NCBI GenBank assembly: GCA_965217035.1
Contig: OZ244226.1
Location: forward strand, 1,160,146 to 1,224,145
Origin: Bacteriovoracaceae bacterium
Lineage (GTDB): Bacteria; Bdellovibrionota; Bacteriovoracia; Bacteriovoracales; Bacteriovoracaceae
Direction: 5' to 3'
Length of the DNA: 64,000 nt
Shown here piece after piece: positions 1-9,751 of the stretch. Both the position numbers and the translations under genes were made by a program. Position 1 is the first letter of the stretch, and each line of letters begins with the position of its first letter. The notes beneath the pieces are model-generated. The model saw nothing but the letters and a program-made list of their open reading frames with translations, did no database searches and was not told where the DNA came from.

Positions 1-272
1 GTCTTAATACAGAAATCCAATCAAGTGGTTATCCTTTATGGAGCAATCAAATTTATAGATTGGAACTTGCAAGACTTCTTATGAGTCCGGCAGATGTCAT
101 TGTTGTCTCAAGATTTTTTGATCAAATTGGACCAAAAAGAAGAAATAATTTTTTAAAGAAGATCTTTGAAACAAATAAAACACTTATATTGATCAGCAAT
201 CATGAATATCCTGAGTTTAAATTTGATGAATATCTTCATTTTAAAGACGGACAAATCGTTCAGGGAAGCTAG
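1..272 (+). CDS. C-terminal part of ABC-transporter ATPase-like subunit (degenerate motifs), T1SS-like operon; 5' truncated by window
   Basis: Frame is open from the window start (LNTEIQSSGYPLWSNQIYRLELARLL...TLILISNH...FKDGQIV). It resembles the ABC signature-to-H-loop region and directly precedes HlyD and TolC genes. Confidence 0.65.
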   Translation, partial: LNTEIQSSGYPLWSNQIYRLELARLLMSPADVIVVSRFFDQIGPKRRNNFLKKIFETNKTLILISNHEYPEFKFDEYLHFKDGQIVQGS

Positions 273-281
273 GAGTAGAAC

Positions 282-1337
282 TTGAGATCTCGGCAAAAGA
301 GAATTGTTGATAATTTTCAAACCATAAAAATGGTAAGTAAGCCCGAATGGTTAAAAGTTTGCGCTAATATCTTCATCATTATCTGCATTTTCACTATATT
401 CATACTTGCTTTCATTCCCTGGCAGCAAACTTCTCGTGGAGAAGGCCAAGTCACAGCGATTGATCCCGCTAATAGGGTTCAAGATCTTTATGCACCAGTA
501 AGTGGTCTCGTTAATGAATGGTATGTGGTCGACGGTTCAAAGGTTAAGAAAGGGGATCCGATTGTTCAAATCATCGATAATGACCCTAATTTTCTTCAAA
601 GATTAGAAAGTGAAAGAGATGCTGTTCTCCAACAATATGAAGCCGCTAGAATTTCTACAAAAACTGCTCGTAATAATTATAAACGACAAAAAAAGCTTTT
701 CGAAGAAGGTCTTACCTCTAAAGTCAGTGAAGAGAAAGCCCTTATTACCTACAAGAAGAATTTAGTTGATGAAGCTAAAATTTCTGCAAAGCTTACTCAA
801 GCAGAAGTAAAACTCTCTCAACAACAAAATCAAATGATTCGCGCTCCAAGAGATGGACAAATCCTGCGAGTAAGACCTGGAACAGGAGCTGTCTTCTTAA
901 AAAAAGGTGATTATATTGTTACATTTGTCCCAGAAACGACAAAGCCTGCTACTGAAATATTTATAAATGGAAACGATCTGCCTTTGGTTTATCCAGGCCG
1001 GCATGTTCGTTTACAATTTGAAGGATGGCCTGCGGTACAGTTTAGTGGATGGCCTTCTGTTGCTGTTGGTACTTTTGGAGGTCGAGTTTTCAGTGTTGAC
1101 CCTTCAGTTCAGCAGAATGGAAAGTTCAGAGTTCTTATTGAACCCACAGAAGAAGAACCTTGGCCCGATATGACTTATCTTCGTCAAGGAACTCGAGCTT
1201 ATGGCTGGGTCTTACTTGATACTGTTAAGATCGGCTATGAGCTTTGGCGGCAGCTTAATGGATTCCCCCCTTCAATAGAATCCAACCCATACGTTACCGG
1301 CAGTAAAGTAAAAGATAAAAAGAAAGATAAAAAATGA
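282..1337 (+). CDS. HlyD-family secretion/efflux periplasmic adaptor
   Basis: N-terminal TM helix, lipoyl-like half motifs (APVSGLV..V.DGSKVKKGDPI; IRAPRDG), coiled coil, and VRLQFEGWPAVQFSGWP typical of this adaptor subfamily. Confidence 0.9.
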   Translation: MRSRQKRIVDNFQTIKMVSKPEWLKVCANIFIIICIFTIFILAFIPWQQTSRGEGQVTAIDPANRVQDLYAPVSGLVNEWYVVDGSKVKKGDPIVQIIDNDPNFLQRLESERDAVLQQYEAARISTKTARNNYKRQKKLFEEGLTSKVSEEKALITYKKNLVDEAKISAKLTQAEVKLSQQQNQMIRAPRDGQILRVRPGTGAVFLKKGDYIVTFVPETTKPATEIFINGNDLPLVYPGRHVRLQFEGWPAVQFSGWPSVAVGTFGGRVFSVDPSVQQNGKFRVLIEPTEEEPWPDMTYLRQGTRAYGWVLLDTVKIGYELWRQLNGFPPSIESNPYVTGSKVKDKKKDKK

Positions 1338-2701
1338 AGTGGTTAATCCTCTTGCTCTATTCGACTGGAACTTTCGCTGGAATCCTAAGTACTGGGCAAA
1401 TTATTAGCTCAGTAACAAAACATTATCCCCTCATCCTCCAAGCACAATATCGTAAAATTGAAGCAAGAGAATCTTTACGAGAAAAAAAAGGTGCTTTTGA
1501 TTTAAGACTAGAGGGAAAAGCTGATACTCGAGTCGATGGATTTTATGATGGGAATATCTATGGCCTAAAACTTGTAAAACCTTTTCGAACCTTTAATACA
1601 AAACTCTATGGAGGATTTCGAAGATCCGATGGACTCTTCCCTTCTTACGAAGGTAAAGCTGATACTCTCGATGAAGGTGAATACATGATAGGGGCTGAGT
1701 TCTCATTATTGAGAAATCGCTTTATGCATGAAAAACAATTCTTAGAACGACTCGCAAGACTCAAACTTGAAAAAGCAGGCAATAAACTTGAAGTCACTCA
1801 AAACATGGTCAAAGAACAAGCTCTTATCACTTATTGGAGTTGGGTTATCGCTGGAAAGAGTTATCAAATTTTTGATGACCTTCTAAAGGTTGCTGAAAAA
1901 AGACAAAGTAATTTGAAAAGAAGGTATAAAAGAGGAGCTCTTGCGAAAATTCAAATTATTGAGAATATGCAATACATTACTGAGCGACGCTCAAAAAGAG
2001 CGAAAGCAAAACAGGTATTCGATAATTTAGCGATTGAACTGTCTTTATTCTATAGAGATGATGAAGGAAAACCAAAAGCTCCCCTTTCTAATCAAATTCC
2101 AGAACTAGAATGGAGTAATTTTGTCGATAAGCTTGAAAAAGATATCAGTTTTTCTGAGGAAAGGTTATTAAAAAACCCTAAGTTTTTAAACTTTGAAGTT
2201 GAAAGACAAGAAATCGAAAGATCTATCGAGTTTGCAGAAAACTCACTTCTTCCTGAATTAAACTTTCGAGTAGAGTCTACAGAAGACAGAGGAGAAGGTT
2301 CATCTTCTTTAGAAGGCAGAGAAAATCGAATTATGCTAAGTCTCGATATCCCACTGGAGAGAAACCTAGGAAAAGGTGCTATTGCTAAAGAAAAAGCGAG
2401 AATGAAACGCTTGAATACCACTCAAAGCTTCATGCAGGAAACAACGATAGCCAAAGCGCAGATGATAAAAAATAAAATCACAATGTCTAAAGAGGTTATT
2501 AAGAACGCCCTTCAAGAAGTTGACTTTGCTCAGCAGCTGCTCAAGGCTGAGAATAAGCTCTTCAATAATGGGAACAGTGACTTTTTTGTTTTAAATATGA
2601 GAGAGCAAAAACTCGCACAGGCCAGGCAAAAGAAGTTGATTTCTTTTTTAGATTACATGCAATCCTTTGTTGAATTGAATCAGCTTTATTGGAATTTCTG
2701 A
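1334..2701 (+). CDS. TolC-family outer membrane efflux protein
   Basis: Signal peptide, two helical halves, LLPELN motif and C-terminal GNSDFFVLNMREQ; ATGA-type overlap with the adaptor gene. Confidence 0.88.
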   Translation: MKWLILLLYSTGTFAGILSTGQIISSVTKHYPLILQAQYRKIEARESLREKKGAFDLRLEGKADTRVDGFYDGNIYGLKLVKPFRTFNTKLYGGFRRSDGLFPSYEGKADTLDEGEYMIGAEFSLLRNRFMHEKQFLERLARLKLEKAGNKLEVTQNMVKEQALITYWSWVIAGKSYQIFDDLLKVAEKRQSNLKRRYKRGALAKIQIIENMQYITERRSKRAKAKQVFDNLAIELSLFYRDDEGKPKAPLSNQIPELEWSNFVDKLEKDISFSEERLLKNPKFLNFEVERQEIERSIEFAENSLLPELNFRVESTEDRGEGSSSLEGRENRIMLSLDIPLERNLGKGAIAKEKARMKRLNTTQSFMQETTIAKAQMIKNKITMSKEVIKNALQEVDFAQQLLKAENKLFNNGNSDFFVLNMREQKLAQARQKKLISFLDYMQSFVELNQLYWNF

Positions 2702-2847
2702 CAATAACGATCTTCTTTAAATCACCTCTATTTGAGCTCAAGCCCCTATCTGACAGCCTATTAAGTAAATCAATATAGATCCTTATTTTTATACATTTTA
2801 TCAAATGTTCCTCTTTTTCTAATATTTAACCAAGGAAAGGAGGTTTT

Positions 2848-3018
2848 ATGAAAGCTTTGTTGACACTTATCTGTGCATCGTTTTTTTTGAGTTGTGCTCA
2901 AATGAGTGAAGATGGTCAAAATCTTCAAGAATTCAAAAAACGTTTTCCAGCGACAGACAAGGTCGAAATAGACCGCAATGAGAGACGTCGAGAAAAAAGA
3001 AACGATCTAAGACTGTAA
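2848..3018 (+). CDS. small lipoprotein (56 aa), not in ORF track
   Basis: AGGAGG RBS; MKALLTLICASFFLSCAQMSEDGQ...RNDLRL* with lipobox FLSC. Confidence 0.7.
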   Translation: MKALLTLICASFFLSCAQMSEDGQNLQEFKKRFPATDKVEIDRNERRREKRNDLRL

Positions 3019-3144
3019 ATTATTCACAGAAGTGAACTGGTTTATTGATAAAATCGAATCTTCTCATTTCTATTATCTAATTTATTCGAAAGCTGTACTG
3101 CGCTATTGTCTCCCTCAAGCTGAAAAGCTTGAAGGAGTCAATAA

Positions 3145-3972
3145 GTGCGTTTATTACTGATTTTTCTAATCTCTATTTCTGGATATACTCAAGACAGCAT
3201 CAACCGTCTTGAATCAACAGAAAGAGTCTCAAACTTCTTTAAAAAAGTTGCTCCTGATACAGCTAACTTTTTCTCTGAATTCCTTGGGCCATCAGCGGAT
3301 GGTGGAAACTTCAATCTTGACTCTGAAGGAAACAATGACCCGAGAGATATTTTAACTTGGAACCAAGTGAGCTTTCAGTGGAACCTTACTGAAGATAAAA
3401 AGAACCGTTTTGTTTTCAACCCAAGATTTATTATTAATCACTCTAAAAATTCTGCAGAAAGTATCGATCCAGAAAGTGCCGTTGTTGGTTACGCTGGAAG
3501 CTTTTCAAGTGGAAAATTTTCGGCAAATATCAATCTTAACACAATCTTACCATTCATGAGAGACCGTGACGTTCAAGATGATAATCTCATGTTTAATCCT
3601 GGTGGGTTTAATTCTTTAAATTATCAATTCTCAGATTCAATTTCAGGGTCACTTTGGGTTTGGTTTCGAATGAAATTTTATGAAGGAAGAAAAGATCCTA
3701 ACAGTGACACAAAACTAAGTTCCTTTTTGGCTCCGTATGTGAGTTATAAAATCAACGATGAAATTGGCTCTATTGCTGCTTTTTACTGGATTAATGAAAG
3801 ACTTGTTGAGAGTGATTTCCAAATTGACAGAAATGACAACTTTAATTTGATGTATTCTTACACCCTTAACAAGTACTTAACAATCCAACCTTTCATTAGA
3901 CTGTACCGCGCCAATGGCTTTAGCCTTAAGACTGCGCAACTCAATGTCTGGCTATCGGGCACACTCTTTTAA
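3145..3972 (+). CDS. putative outer-membrane beta-barrel protein
   Basis: Signal peptide, amphipathic aromatic-rich strands, C-terminal Phe. Confidence 0.6.
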   Translation: MRLLLIFLISISGYTQDSINRLESTERVSNFFKKVAPDTANFFSEFLGPSADGGNFNLDSEGNNDPRDILTWNQVSFQWNLTEDKKNRFVFNPRFIINHSKNSAESIDPESAVVGYAGSFSSGKFSANINLNTILPFMRDRDVQDDNLMFNPGGFNSLNYQFSDSISGSLWVWFRMKFYEGRKDPNSDTKLSSFLAPYVSYKINDEIGSIAAFYWINERLVESDFQIDRNDNFNLMYSYTLNKYLTIQPFIRLYRANGFSLKTAQLNVWLSGTLF

Positions 3973-4002
3973 AATTAAAATGTGTGAGTTATTCTCACAC
4001 TC

Positions 4003-5145
4003 ATGAATACACTAATTAAATTTTCGTTTTTTCTTTTAACCTCAACTTCTGCTTTCGCTGAATGGGGAACCGAAATCAAAGGAACTCCAAACTTAAAAAG
4101 CATTCGGCTTGGCGTACGCCTTCAAGGAATTGCAGAGTACTCTGACGATGAAGGTAATGATGTTCAAAATGTCGACTTATTCGCAAGACGAACGCGACTC
4201 CAGGTACAAACCAATTTTTACAACGGTTGGAAAACTTATTTCGATCTCCGAAATGATAAAACAAATCATGGTGCTGATGGAGGAGAGGGAGAATTCATCC
4301 TTGGTGATGGTTATATTCAAATTCCACTTACAGAGTCTGCAAAACTAAGGCTCTTTCGAGCAAAAGTTGATATGTCTTTTTCCCAAACAGTAAGTTCATC
4401 GAAACTTATCTATCTCGAACGATCGGCGATATCTGACTACGCTTCAAATTACGTTTCTGAATCACGACGAGCGACAAACATTCAACTTAACGGAACACTT
4501 CTCGATAAAAGCCTTGTATACCAACTCGTTATAGGTGACGGGATTGGAGAAAATGATTTCGAAGATGCAACAGGTGGATCAGCGAATTCATTTATTTCTC
4601 AAGGACCTATGATCGGAGCAAAACTTCGCTATTACTTGATGGGGGATAATCCTGGAAAACTTAAAGAAGCTGGACTTGGAAATGAAAGATATCTCTCTCT
4701 GGGTGTTGGTCATTTCAATTTGAGTGATATTGCTTACAAGGCAATGGCTTCAACCGATCCTGATACAGAAATTGATAGAAGCCTCACAAATATTGAACTC
4801 GTATTAAAGCATGGTGCTGTTACATTTATTGCTGAATATTTTGACTTCGACGGTGAAGTCGATGACTTCGATGCCGGCAACGATTCTGGAAGCTCAGATG
4901 GTTCTTATGCTCTACTCGATTATTTCTTTGGAGAAAAACATTCTCTTTACGTTCGCCATGAAACTTGGGACCGTTTCTCGAATACAACAACAAGGGAATA
5001 TGAAGGAAATCTCATCGGTTATAACTATTACTTGAAAGGCAACAAAATCCGATTTGGCCTAGCTTATAATGAAGCGATTCAAACAATTGGAACGACCGAA
5101 AATAAGACGAAAAAAATTCAAACTCACATGATGCTCCACTTTTAA
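4003..5145 (+). CDS. porin, OprO/OprP (phosphate-selective porin)-like
   Basis: Signal peptide; ARRTRL, SSSKLIYLERS and GYNYYLKGNKIRF motifs; C-terminal Phe. Confidence 0.7.
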   Translation: MNTLIKFSFFLLTSTSAFAEWGTEIKGTPNLKSIRLGVRLQGIAEYSDDEGNDVQNVDLFARRTRLQVQTNFYNGWKTYFDLRNDKTNHGADGGEGEFILGDGYIQIPLTESAKLRLFRAKVDMSFSQTVSSSKLIYLERSAISDYASNYVSESRRATNIQLNGTLLDKSLVYQLVIGDGIGENDFEDATGGSANSFISQGPMIGAKLRYYLMGDNPGKLKEAGLGNERYLSLGVGHFNLSDIAYKAMASTDPDTEIDRSLTNIELVLKHGAVTFIAEYFDFDGEVDDFDAGNDSGSSDGSYALLDYFFGEKHSLYVRHETWDRFSNTTTREYEGNLIGYNYYLKGNKIRFGLAYNEAIQTIGTTENKTKKIQTHMMLHF

Positions 5146-5302
5146 AAAATCTCATAAAATCCGTGCCACTTATACATTAGACGGCACTCACTTTTCAGCA
5201 TCCTGAAACATTGAAAACAAAGACTTGAGTAGTTATTACAAGAGAGGTTGAGTCGACTAGTGCGCCATGTTATAAAGTTTTCAAATTCAAAATGGAGGAC
5301 CT

Positions 5303-5698
5303 ATGAAAATCTTAATAACGCTTTTAACTCTTATCTCTCTCAATACTTTCGCGGATGAACAACCTGAAGCTGTCTGCCAAGGAATCAGTGATGGCTATAA
5401 AGTTGATCTTAAAATCTTTGAAACTGGAAATGACGCCGTAAAAAGAATGACCATCGATACGACTGATGGAAATGGTCCTGAAGCAGTTGTCGATATAGAT
5501 GCTTTTGTTGGACAAGATGGTAACTTTACCACATTATCGGCAATCGCCGAGATTGATGGAGAAGTTGGAAAAATAGAGCTCACATTGGATTATGAAGAAA
5601 TTGCAAATGCTGATGGTGAATCTGTCTACGCTCTACTAAGTCATGAGTCTGAAGGAGAAGAAACTCTCGTAGATATGGCTTGCGTGCCGATGGAATAA
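5303..5698 (+). CDS. secreted acidic hypothetical protein
   Basis: GGAGG RBS, signal peptide, one Cys near each end. Confidence 0.75.
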   Translation: MKILITLLTLISLNTFADEQPEAVCQGISDGYKVDLKIFETGNDAVKRMTIDTTDGNGPEAVVDIDAFVGQDGNFTTLSAIAEIDGEVGKIELTLDYEEIANADGESVYALLSHESEGEETLVDMACVPME

Positions 5699-5713
5699 TC
5701 TTCTCTTCTTAAA

Positions 5714-5736
5714 ATCTGGGTCGCTCTGGCCCAGAT
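5714..5736 (+). terminator. stem-loop after 5303-5698
   Basis: ATCTGGG...CCCAGAT inverted repeat; weak U-tract. Confidence 0.4.
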
Positions 5737-5840
5737 AATCTCAAATCTAAGATTTGTTTAAATATACATTTCTAAGACTGATTGAGCCAAACCTTCAAAA
5801 CTAGTAACCTCCAAATTCCAAATAAACAATGGAGGATTCA

Positions 5841-6443
5841 ATGAAACGATTAATTTTTACTTTATTAATGATAAATTTATCAATTGCTTCAGCAATCGAG
5901 TCACCAAAATACTCTGTTCTTTTGGAGGAAGATAACTTCCAAATTAGAGAATACGAATCTTATTTTGTTGCAAGTACAACTTACGATATCTCTAAAGGTG
6001 AATCGAGAAGAGACGCTTTCATGACTTTATTTGGTTATATTTCTGGAGAAAACAAAGTTAAAACTAAAATTTCAATGACAGCTCCAGTTACAGATTCAGT
6101 AAAAATAGCAATGACTGCTCCTGTCACTGATGTAAAAAAAGGAACAAAGAGAATTATGACTTTCATGGTTCCTTCGCAGTTTTATAAGACAGGTATCCCG
6201 CAGCCAACAAACCCGAAGGTAACAATCGAAGAAGTTCCCGCTCAAATTATTGCCTCTCATACATTCTCTTGGTTCGCGGGAGAAGAAAAACGAGAAAGAA
6301 AATCTAAAGAACTTAAGAAATGGCTTGAAGAGAGAGGAAACTATACCATTATTTCTGATCCTATTTATGCTGGTTATAATGCTCCCTACACTCTCCCTCC
6401 ATTAAAAAGACATGAAATGCTTTTTATCATTGAAAAGAAATAA
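5841..6443 (+). CDS. SOUL heme-binding family protein
   Basis: IESPKYSVL, LFGYISGEN, ISMTAPV (twice), AGYNAPYTLP..RHE; ATG 5841 follows GGAGG. Confidence 0.9.
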   Translation: MKRLIFTLLMINLSIASAIESPKYSVLLEEDNFQIREYESYFVASTTYDISKGESRRDAFMTLFGYISGENKVKTKISMTAPVTDSVKIAMTAPVTDVKKGTKRIMTFMVPSQFYKTGIPQPTNPKVTIEEVPAQIIASHTFSWFAGEEKRERKSKELKKWLEERGNYTIISDPIYAGYNAPYTLPPLKRHEMLFIIEKK

Positions 6444-6452
6444 GAGGTTTAT

Positions 6453-6635
6453 ATGAAATTATTAATTTTATTAGCGTTGAGTACTTTTGCAATTAACAGT
6501 TATTCACACTGTGGAGCTTGTGGAGAAGGGATAGCCGAAGATCACAAAGAAAAAGGCGAAGATCATTCTCATCACTCTGCTGAAACAGATAAAAATAGAA
6601 AAAAGAAAGATAAAAAGAAAAAAGAAAAAAAATAA
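6453..6635 (+). CDS. small secreted His/Lys-rich protein with HCGACG motif
   Basis: Signal peptide, CxxC, His cluster, RBS GAGG. Confidence 0.65.
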   Translation: MKLLILLALSTFAINSYSHCGACGEGIAEDHKEKGEDHSHHSAETDKNRKKKDKKKKEKK

Positions 6636-6695
6636 AGTCTCGTTGGGGGAGGGTTGTCCTTCCCCATTTCCTTAAAAGTCATTAAGATAGAGTTA

Positions 6696-7031
6696 ATGTC
6701 TATCAGCCAACTCTTGATTCATTACTCTCTTCATTTCATTGCGCCAGTTTTCATCGCTCCTTTAATATCTAAAAATAATTGGAAAAAAATTGCTCTTACA
6801 CTTATTACAACGATGATAATTGATCTCGATCACTTACTTGCAACTCCAATTTTTGCCCCCAATCGCTGCAGCCTAAACTTCCACCCGCTTCATACTTATT
6901 GGGCGGCTGGTGCTTATTTATTTTTCTTATTTCTTCCAAACATATATGTAAAAACCGTCGGTCTCGGTTGTCTCTTTCACTTATTAACAGACTCTATAGA
7001 CTGCTGGATGAACTCGCTAAACTTCGGATAG
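6696..7031 (+). CDS. DUF6122-like membrane protein (metal-dependent hydrolase-like)
   Basis: HYSLHF, DLDHLLATPIF.PNRCS.NFHPLH, HL.TD..DC motifs; ATG 6696 preferred over the upstream TTG. Confidence 0.8.
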   Translation: MSISQLLIHYSLHFIAPVFIAPLISKNNWKKIALTLITTMIIDLDHLLATPIFAPNRCSLNFHPLHTYWAAGAYLFFLFLPNIYVKTVGLGCLFHLLTDSIDCWMNSLNFG

Positions 7032-7186
7032 ACAAGAAAAAAGTGAAAATTCAAACATAATAAAAACAGATAGATACACTCTTTGTATTCGTTTTATTAA
7101 ATAGATCTTTCAGTATTATCTATTACAAAAAAATCAAATTCTTTTTTAAAATATAAAGTGAAAATTTTAAACAGGAGGATTTAGTC

Positions 7187-7354
7187 ATGAAAAGATTAAT
7201 AAAATCACTCTCGTTTTTAGCTTTATTCTTAGCAGTGAGCTGTGCACATATGACTCGCGAAACAGAAGTTGAACAACAAGCAAACAAGAACAAAAAGAAA
7301 GAGCTTATTAGAACTATCAATAGCGGCAATGAATTAGGTGGATTCTGGTGGTAA
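7187..7354 (+). CDS. small lipoprotein (55 aa), not in ORF track
   Basis: AGGAGG RBS; MKRLIKSLSFLALFLAVSCAHMTRE...GGFWW* with lipobox AVSC. Confidence 0.7.
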   Translation: MKRLIKSLSFLALFLAVSCAHMTRETEVEQQANKNKKKELIRTINSGNELGGFWW

Positions 7355-7603
7355 TTACTCTTTGTTAACCACAATCTTTTTCTTACCGGCTGAATAACGG
7401 TACTCGTAAAAAGGTCTAAGCCTTAAACGAACTCCCGGAAGTGAGACAGAGAAATTTGCTCTATGTCTATAATCAACTTGCTTAAGGTAAAAACCTTTTT
7501 TGTTTCTGGGATCCTCAATATGACTTTTAGCATAGATAAAGCTACTAAATAACGAGAAGACTATAATTACTATTCTCATATTACCTCTTATAATGGAATT
7601 CAA
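7355..7603 (-). CDS. small secreted hypothetical protein
   Basis: Signal-like MRIVIIVFSLFSSFIYA (probable start about 7579); last gene of a three-gene cluster. Confidence 0.55.
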   Translation of the reverse strand: MNSIIRGNMRIVIIVFSLFSSFIYAKSHIEDPRNKKGFYLKQVDYRHRANFSVSLPGVRLRLRPFYEYRYSAGKKKIVVNKE

Positions 7604-8690
7604 GAGTTTTAGATTTGCCCAAAGTCAAAATTTCAATTCCAAACTCTAGGCTTCCTGTATATTTCATTCTTATTTGATGAAGAGAGAGTTCATTAGGTCT
7701 GTCTTCAATATACTTCTTATCAAACTGAGCAACAAACCTATTATTAACAGCATTCGCAACAGAAAAAAGTCCTTTACTGATAGATGGGAATTCCTCAAAG
7801 TAATATTGAGCTATATCATCATCCAATCTTTTATACTCTATTTGAAGTCCTCTTGTGGAACCGAGATTGACAAGACCAAGATCTAAATCGAAACTTTTAT
7901 CATGAATTGCCCAAACTCTTTTTAGTCGAAACTGATGATGAATCCCTGAAGAGCTTTTACCCATTTTATTAAATCGAAGCATCAATGCCCTAAGCTTCTT
8001 TTGTTTTCGACTAAAGTCTTCAACACTTCTGTAAAGAAGTGGAATAGAGTTCACTTTAAATCGGAAACGAATTCTGAGATCATAACCAAGGTCAACTATT
8101 CCCAAAGAGAAACCTTTACTGAAATTATAGTTTTGAAAAAAACCTCCGATATACCAATCCCCTACTCGCGGCATCAAAACAAGCTCTTTCACTGATTTTC
8201 TTAACTTTTCAGCATCTTTCCTAAACTTACGAATGATTCTTTTTCTAAGACGAGGTTTTAGTTTCGAAAGATCAACGATCTTATTTGTCTCAGATATTAA
8301 ACTTTTTTCAATATCTGAAGATTGTGTAGTCCAATCAACCTCAATCGTTCTTTCAATCCAGTTTTGCTCGTCGATATCATCACCAGCATCGCCATCCAAT
8401 AAGTTTCTTTGCCAAATAAACTCAACCGCTCCTTCCCCTCCCACAGACAACACACCAAACTCACCTTCACTACTCAATCCAAACTGTAGATCATAGCGGT
8501 CAAGCCTGTATTTTCTATCGTCTACTTCATCAAGAAGATCTTCTAAAGTCTTATTATGGCTTTGAATTTGATCAGAAAGATTCGATAAAAAAAAGGACTC
8601 TTCAACTCCTCCGGATAGATTCTGCCATTTCTCTGGAACTTTAAAAGCAAACAGCTCAAAACTTAAGAAGAAAAAAGCAAGAAACTTCAT
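7581..8690 (-). CDS. secreted hypothetical protein with internal repeated beta-rich segments
   Basis: Signal peptide; recurring G/F-rich strand motifs ending ..EF..KR, also seen in the neighbouring 8687-9001 ORF. Confidence 0.7.
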   Translation of the reverse strand: MKFLAFFFLSFELFAFKVPEKWQNLSGGVEESFFLSNLSDQIQSHNKTLEDLLDEVDDRKYRLDRYDLQFGLSSEGEFGVLSVGGEGAVEFIWQRNLLDGDAGDDIDEQNWIERTIEVDWTTQSSDIEKSLISETNKIVDLSKLKPRLRKRIIRKFRKDAEKLRKSVKELVLMPRVGDWYIGGFFQNYNFSKGFSLGIVDLGYDLRIRFRFKVNSIPLLYRSVEDFSRKQKKLRALMLRFNKMGKSSSGIHHQFRLKRVWAIHDKSFDLDLGLVNLGSTRGLQIEYKRLDDDIAQYYFEEFPSISKGLFSVANAVNNRFVAQFDKKYIEDRPNELSLHQIRMKYTGSLEFGIEILTLGKSKTLEFHYKR

Positions 8691-9001
8691 TTCAGTCTCC
8701 TTAGATGAAACTCCATGGCCATCTCAAAAGACTTTTTCCAGTTTAGGAAACCAATTCTCGCCTCTGATCCAAATCCAATAACTAACCATGATTCTTTTAA
8801 TTCATTTGACTTTTCTTTCTCTCTAATAGCTCTTCTCAGAGCTCTTTTCAAAACTCTTTTATATTTCTTATCAGATATTTTTTCTGAATAAACTTTTTTA
8901 TTAATTTGATCATAAACTAGAAACGGTAAACCTTCTGAATCTCCATTACTGTTTAAAGAAAAAATCAAGAAAAAGGGTAAGATTAAATTTTTCATGCGCA
9001 C
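8687..9001 (-). CDS. secreted hypothetical protein
   Basis: Signal peptide; ATGA overlap with the downstream gene. Confidence 0.65.
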   Translation of the reverse strand: MRMKNLILPFFLIFSLNSNGDSEGLPFLVYDQINKKVYSEKISDKKYKRVLKRALRRAIREKEKSNELKESWLVIGFGSEARIGFLNWKKSFEMAMEFHLRRLK

Positions 9002-9018
9002 ATCCTAATAAGAAAAAT

Positions 9019-9038
9019 GGGCAGGAAAAATCCTGCCC
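9019..9038 (-). terminator. stem-loop downstream of 9052-9573
   Basis: GGGCAGGA-aaaa-TCCTGCCC; T-run follows on the minus strand. Confidence 0.6.
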
Positions 9039-9051
9039 TGAGAGTTTCACA

Positions 9052-9573
9052 TCACGGACTGTAAGGAAGAGAAGAATCTTGAATCGTAATCTTGACTTCA
9101 TTTCCTCTCTTGATGAAACCAAGAGTGTACTCAACCTTCACTTCTGTACCAGAGGTGTCTGTAAAGTAGTAGTGGCCCATGGCAATGGCTTTCATGCCAT
9201 AGGTGATAATATTATGATTATCAAATCGGACATTTGTCCATGGCTTGATGGCAAAACCTCCATCTTCAGCAAAACGCTTATTGCCACCAACAAAATAAGA
9301 GAGAGCTCCTTCAACAGTTGGTCTGAAAGGAACTTTGGCAGCCAAAGTTGGCTTGAACAATACGACTCCTTTGTGGTAGTCGTAAGAGTTCATGATGTGA
9401 TCGAGAGCTTCGCTTTTGTAGTCACCACCGTCAGTGAATACCTTTCCAATTCTGACGATTCCTTTTCCCCAGTTTTCTTGAGCTTGCTTAACCTCATCAA
9501 TTGTAATCCCATAATCCTGAGACAAAGCTAAAGGACTAAAAGCTAAACAGAGTAACAACATTAAGTTTTTCAT
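9052..9573 (-). CDS. COG4337-type NTF2-fold protein (iota-carbonic-anhydrase-like), secreted
   Basis: AQ..WG.GIV.IG, VLFKPTLA, GALSYFVGG, EDGGFAIKPW..VRF.N, AMGHYYF, KVEYT and SSLPY motifs. Confidence 0.8.
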   Translation of the reverse strand: MKNLMLLLCLAFSPLALSQDYGITIDEVKQAQENWGKGIVRIGKVFTDGGDYKSEALDHIMNSYDYHKGVVLFKPTLAAKVPFRPTVEGALSYFVGGNKRFAEDGGFAIKPWTNVRFDNHNIITYGMKAIAMGHYYFTDTSGTEVKVEYTLGFIKRGNEVKITIQDSSLPYSP

Positions 9574-9751
9574 TCATTACCTCCCTAGGCGTATTGTTGT
9601 GATGGAGGATTTTTATAAAAAAATGGAGCATCGTTAAATTATATAAACTCAAAAAAAATCATTCATTAAAACGATAATCCCACTAAAACGATAAGAAACA
9701 AGAGTTTAAAACAATTCTGAGGAATCTTCCCAATTTTTGAATAAGCCTTGT

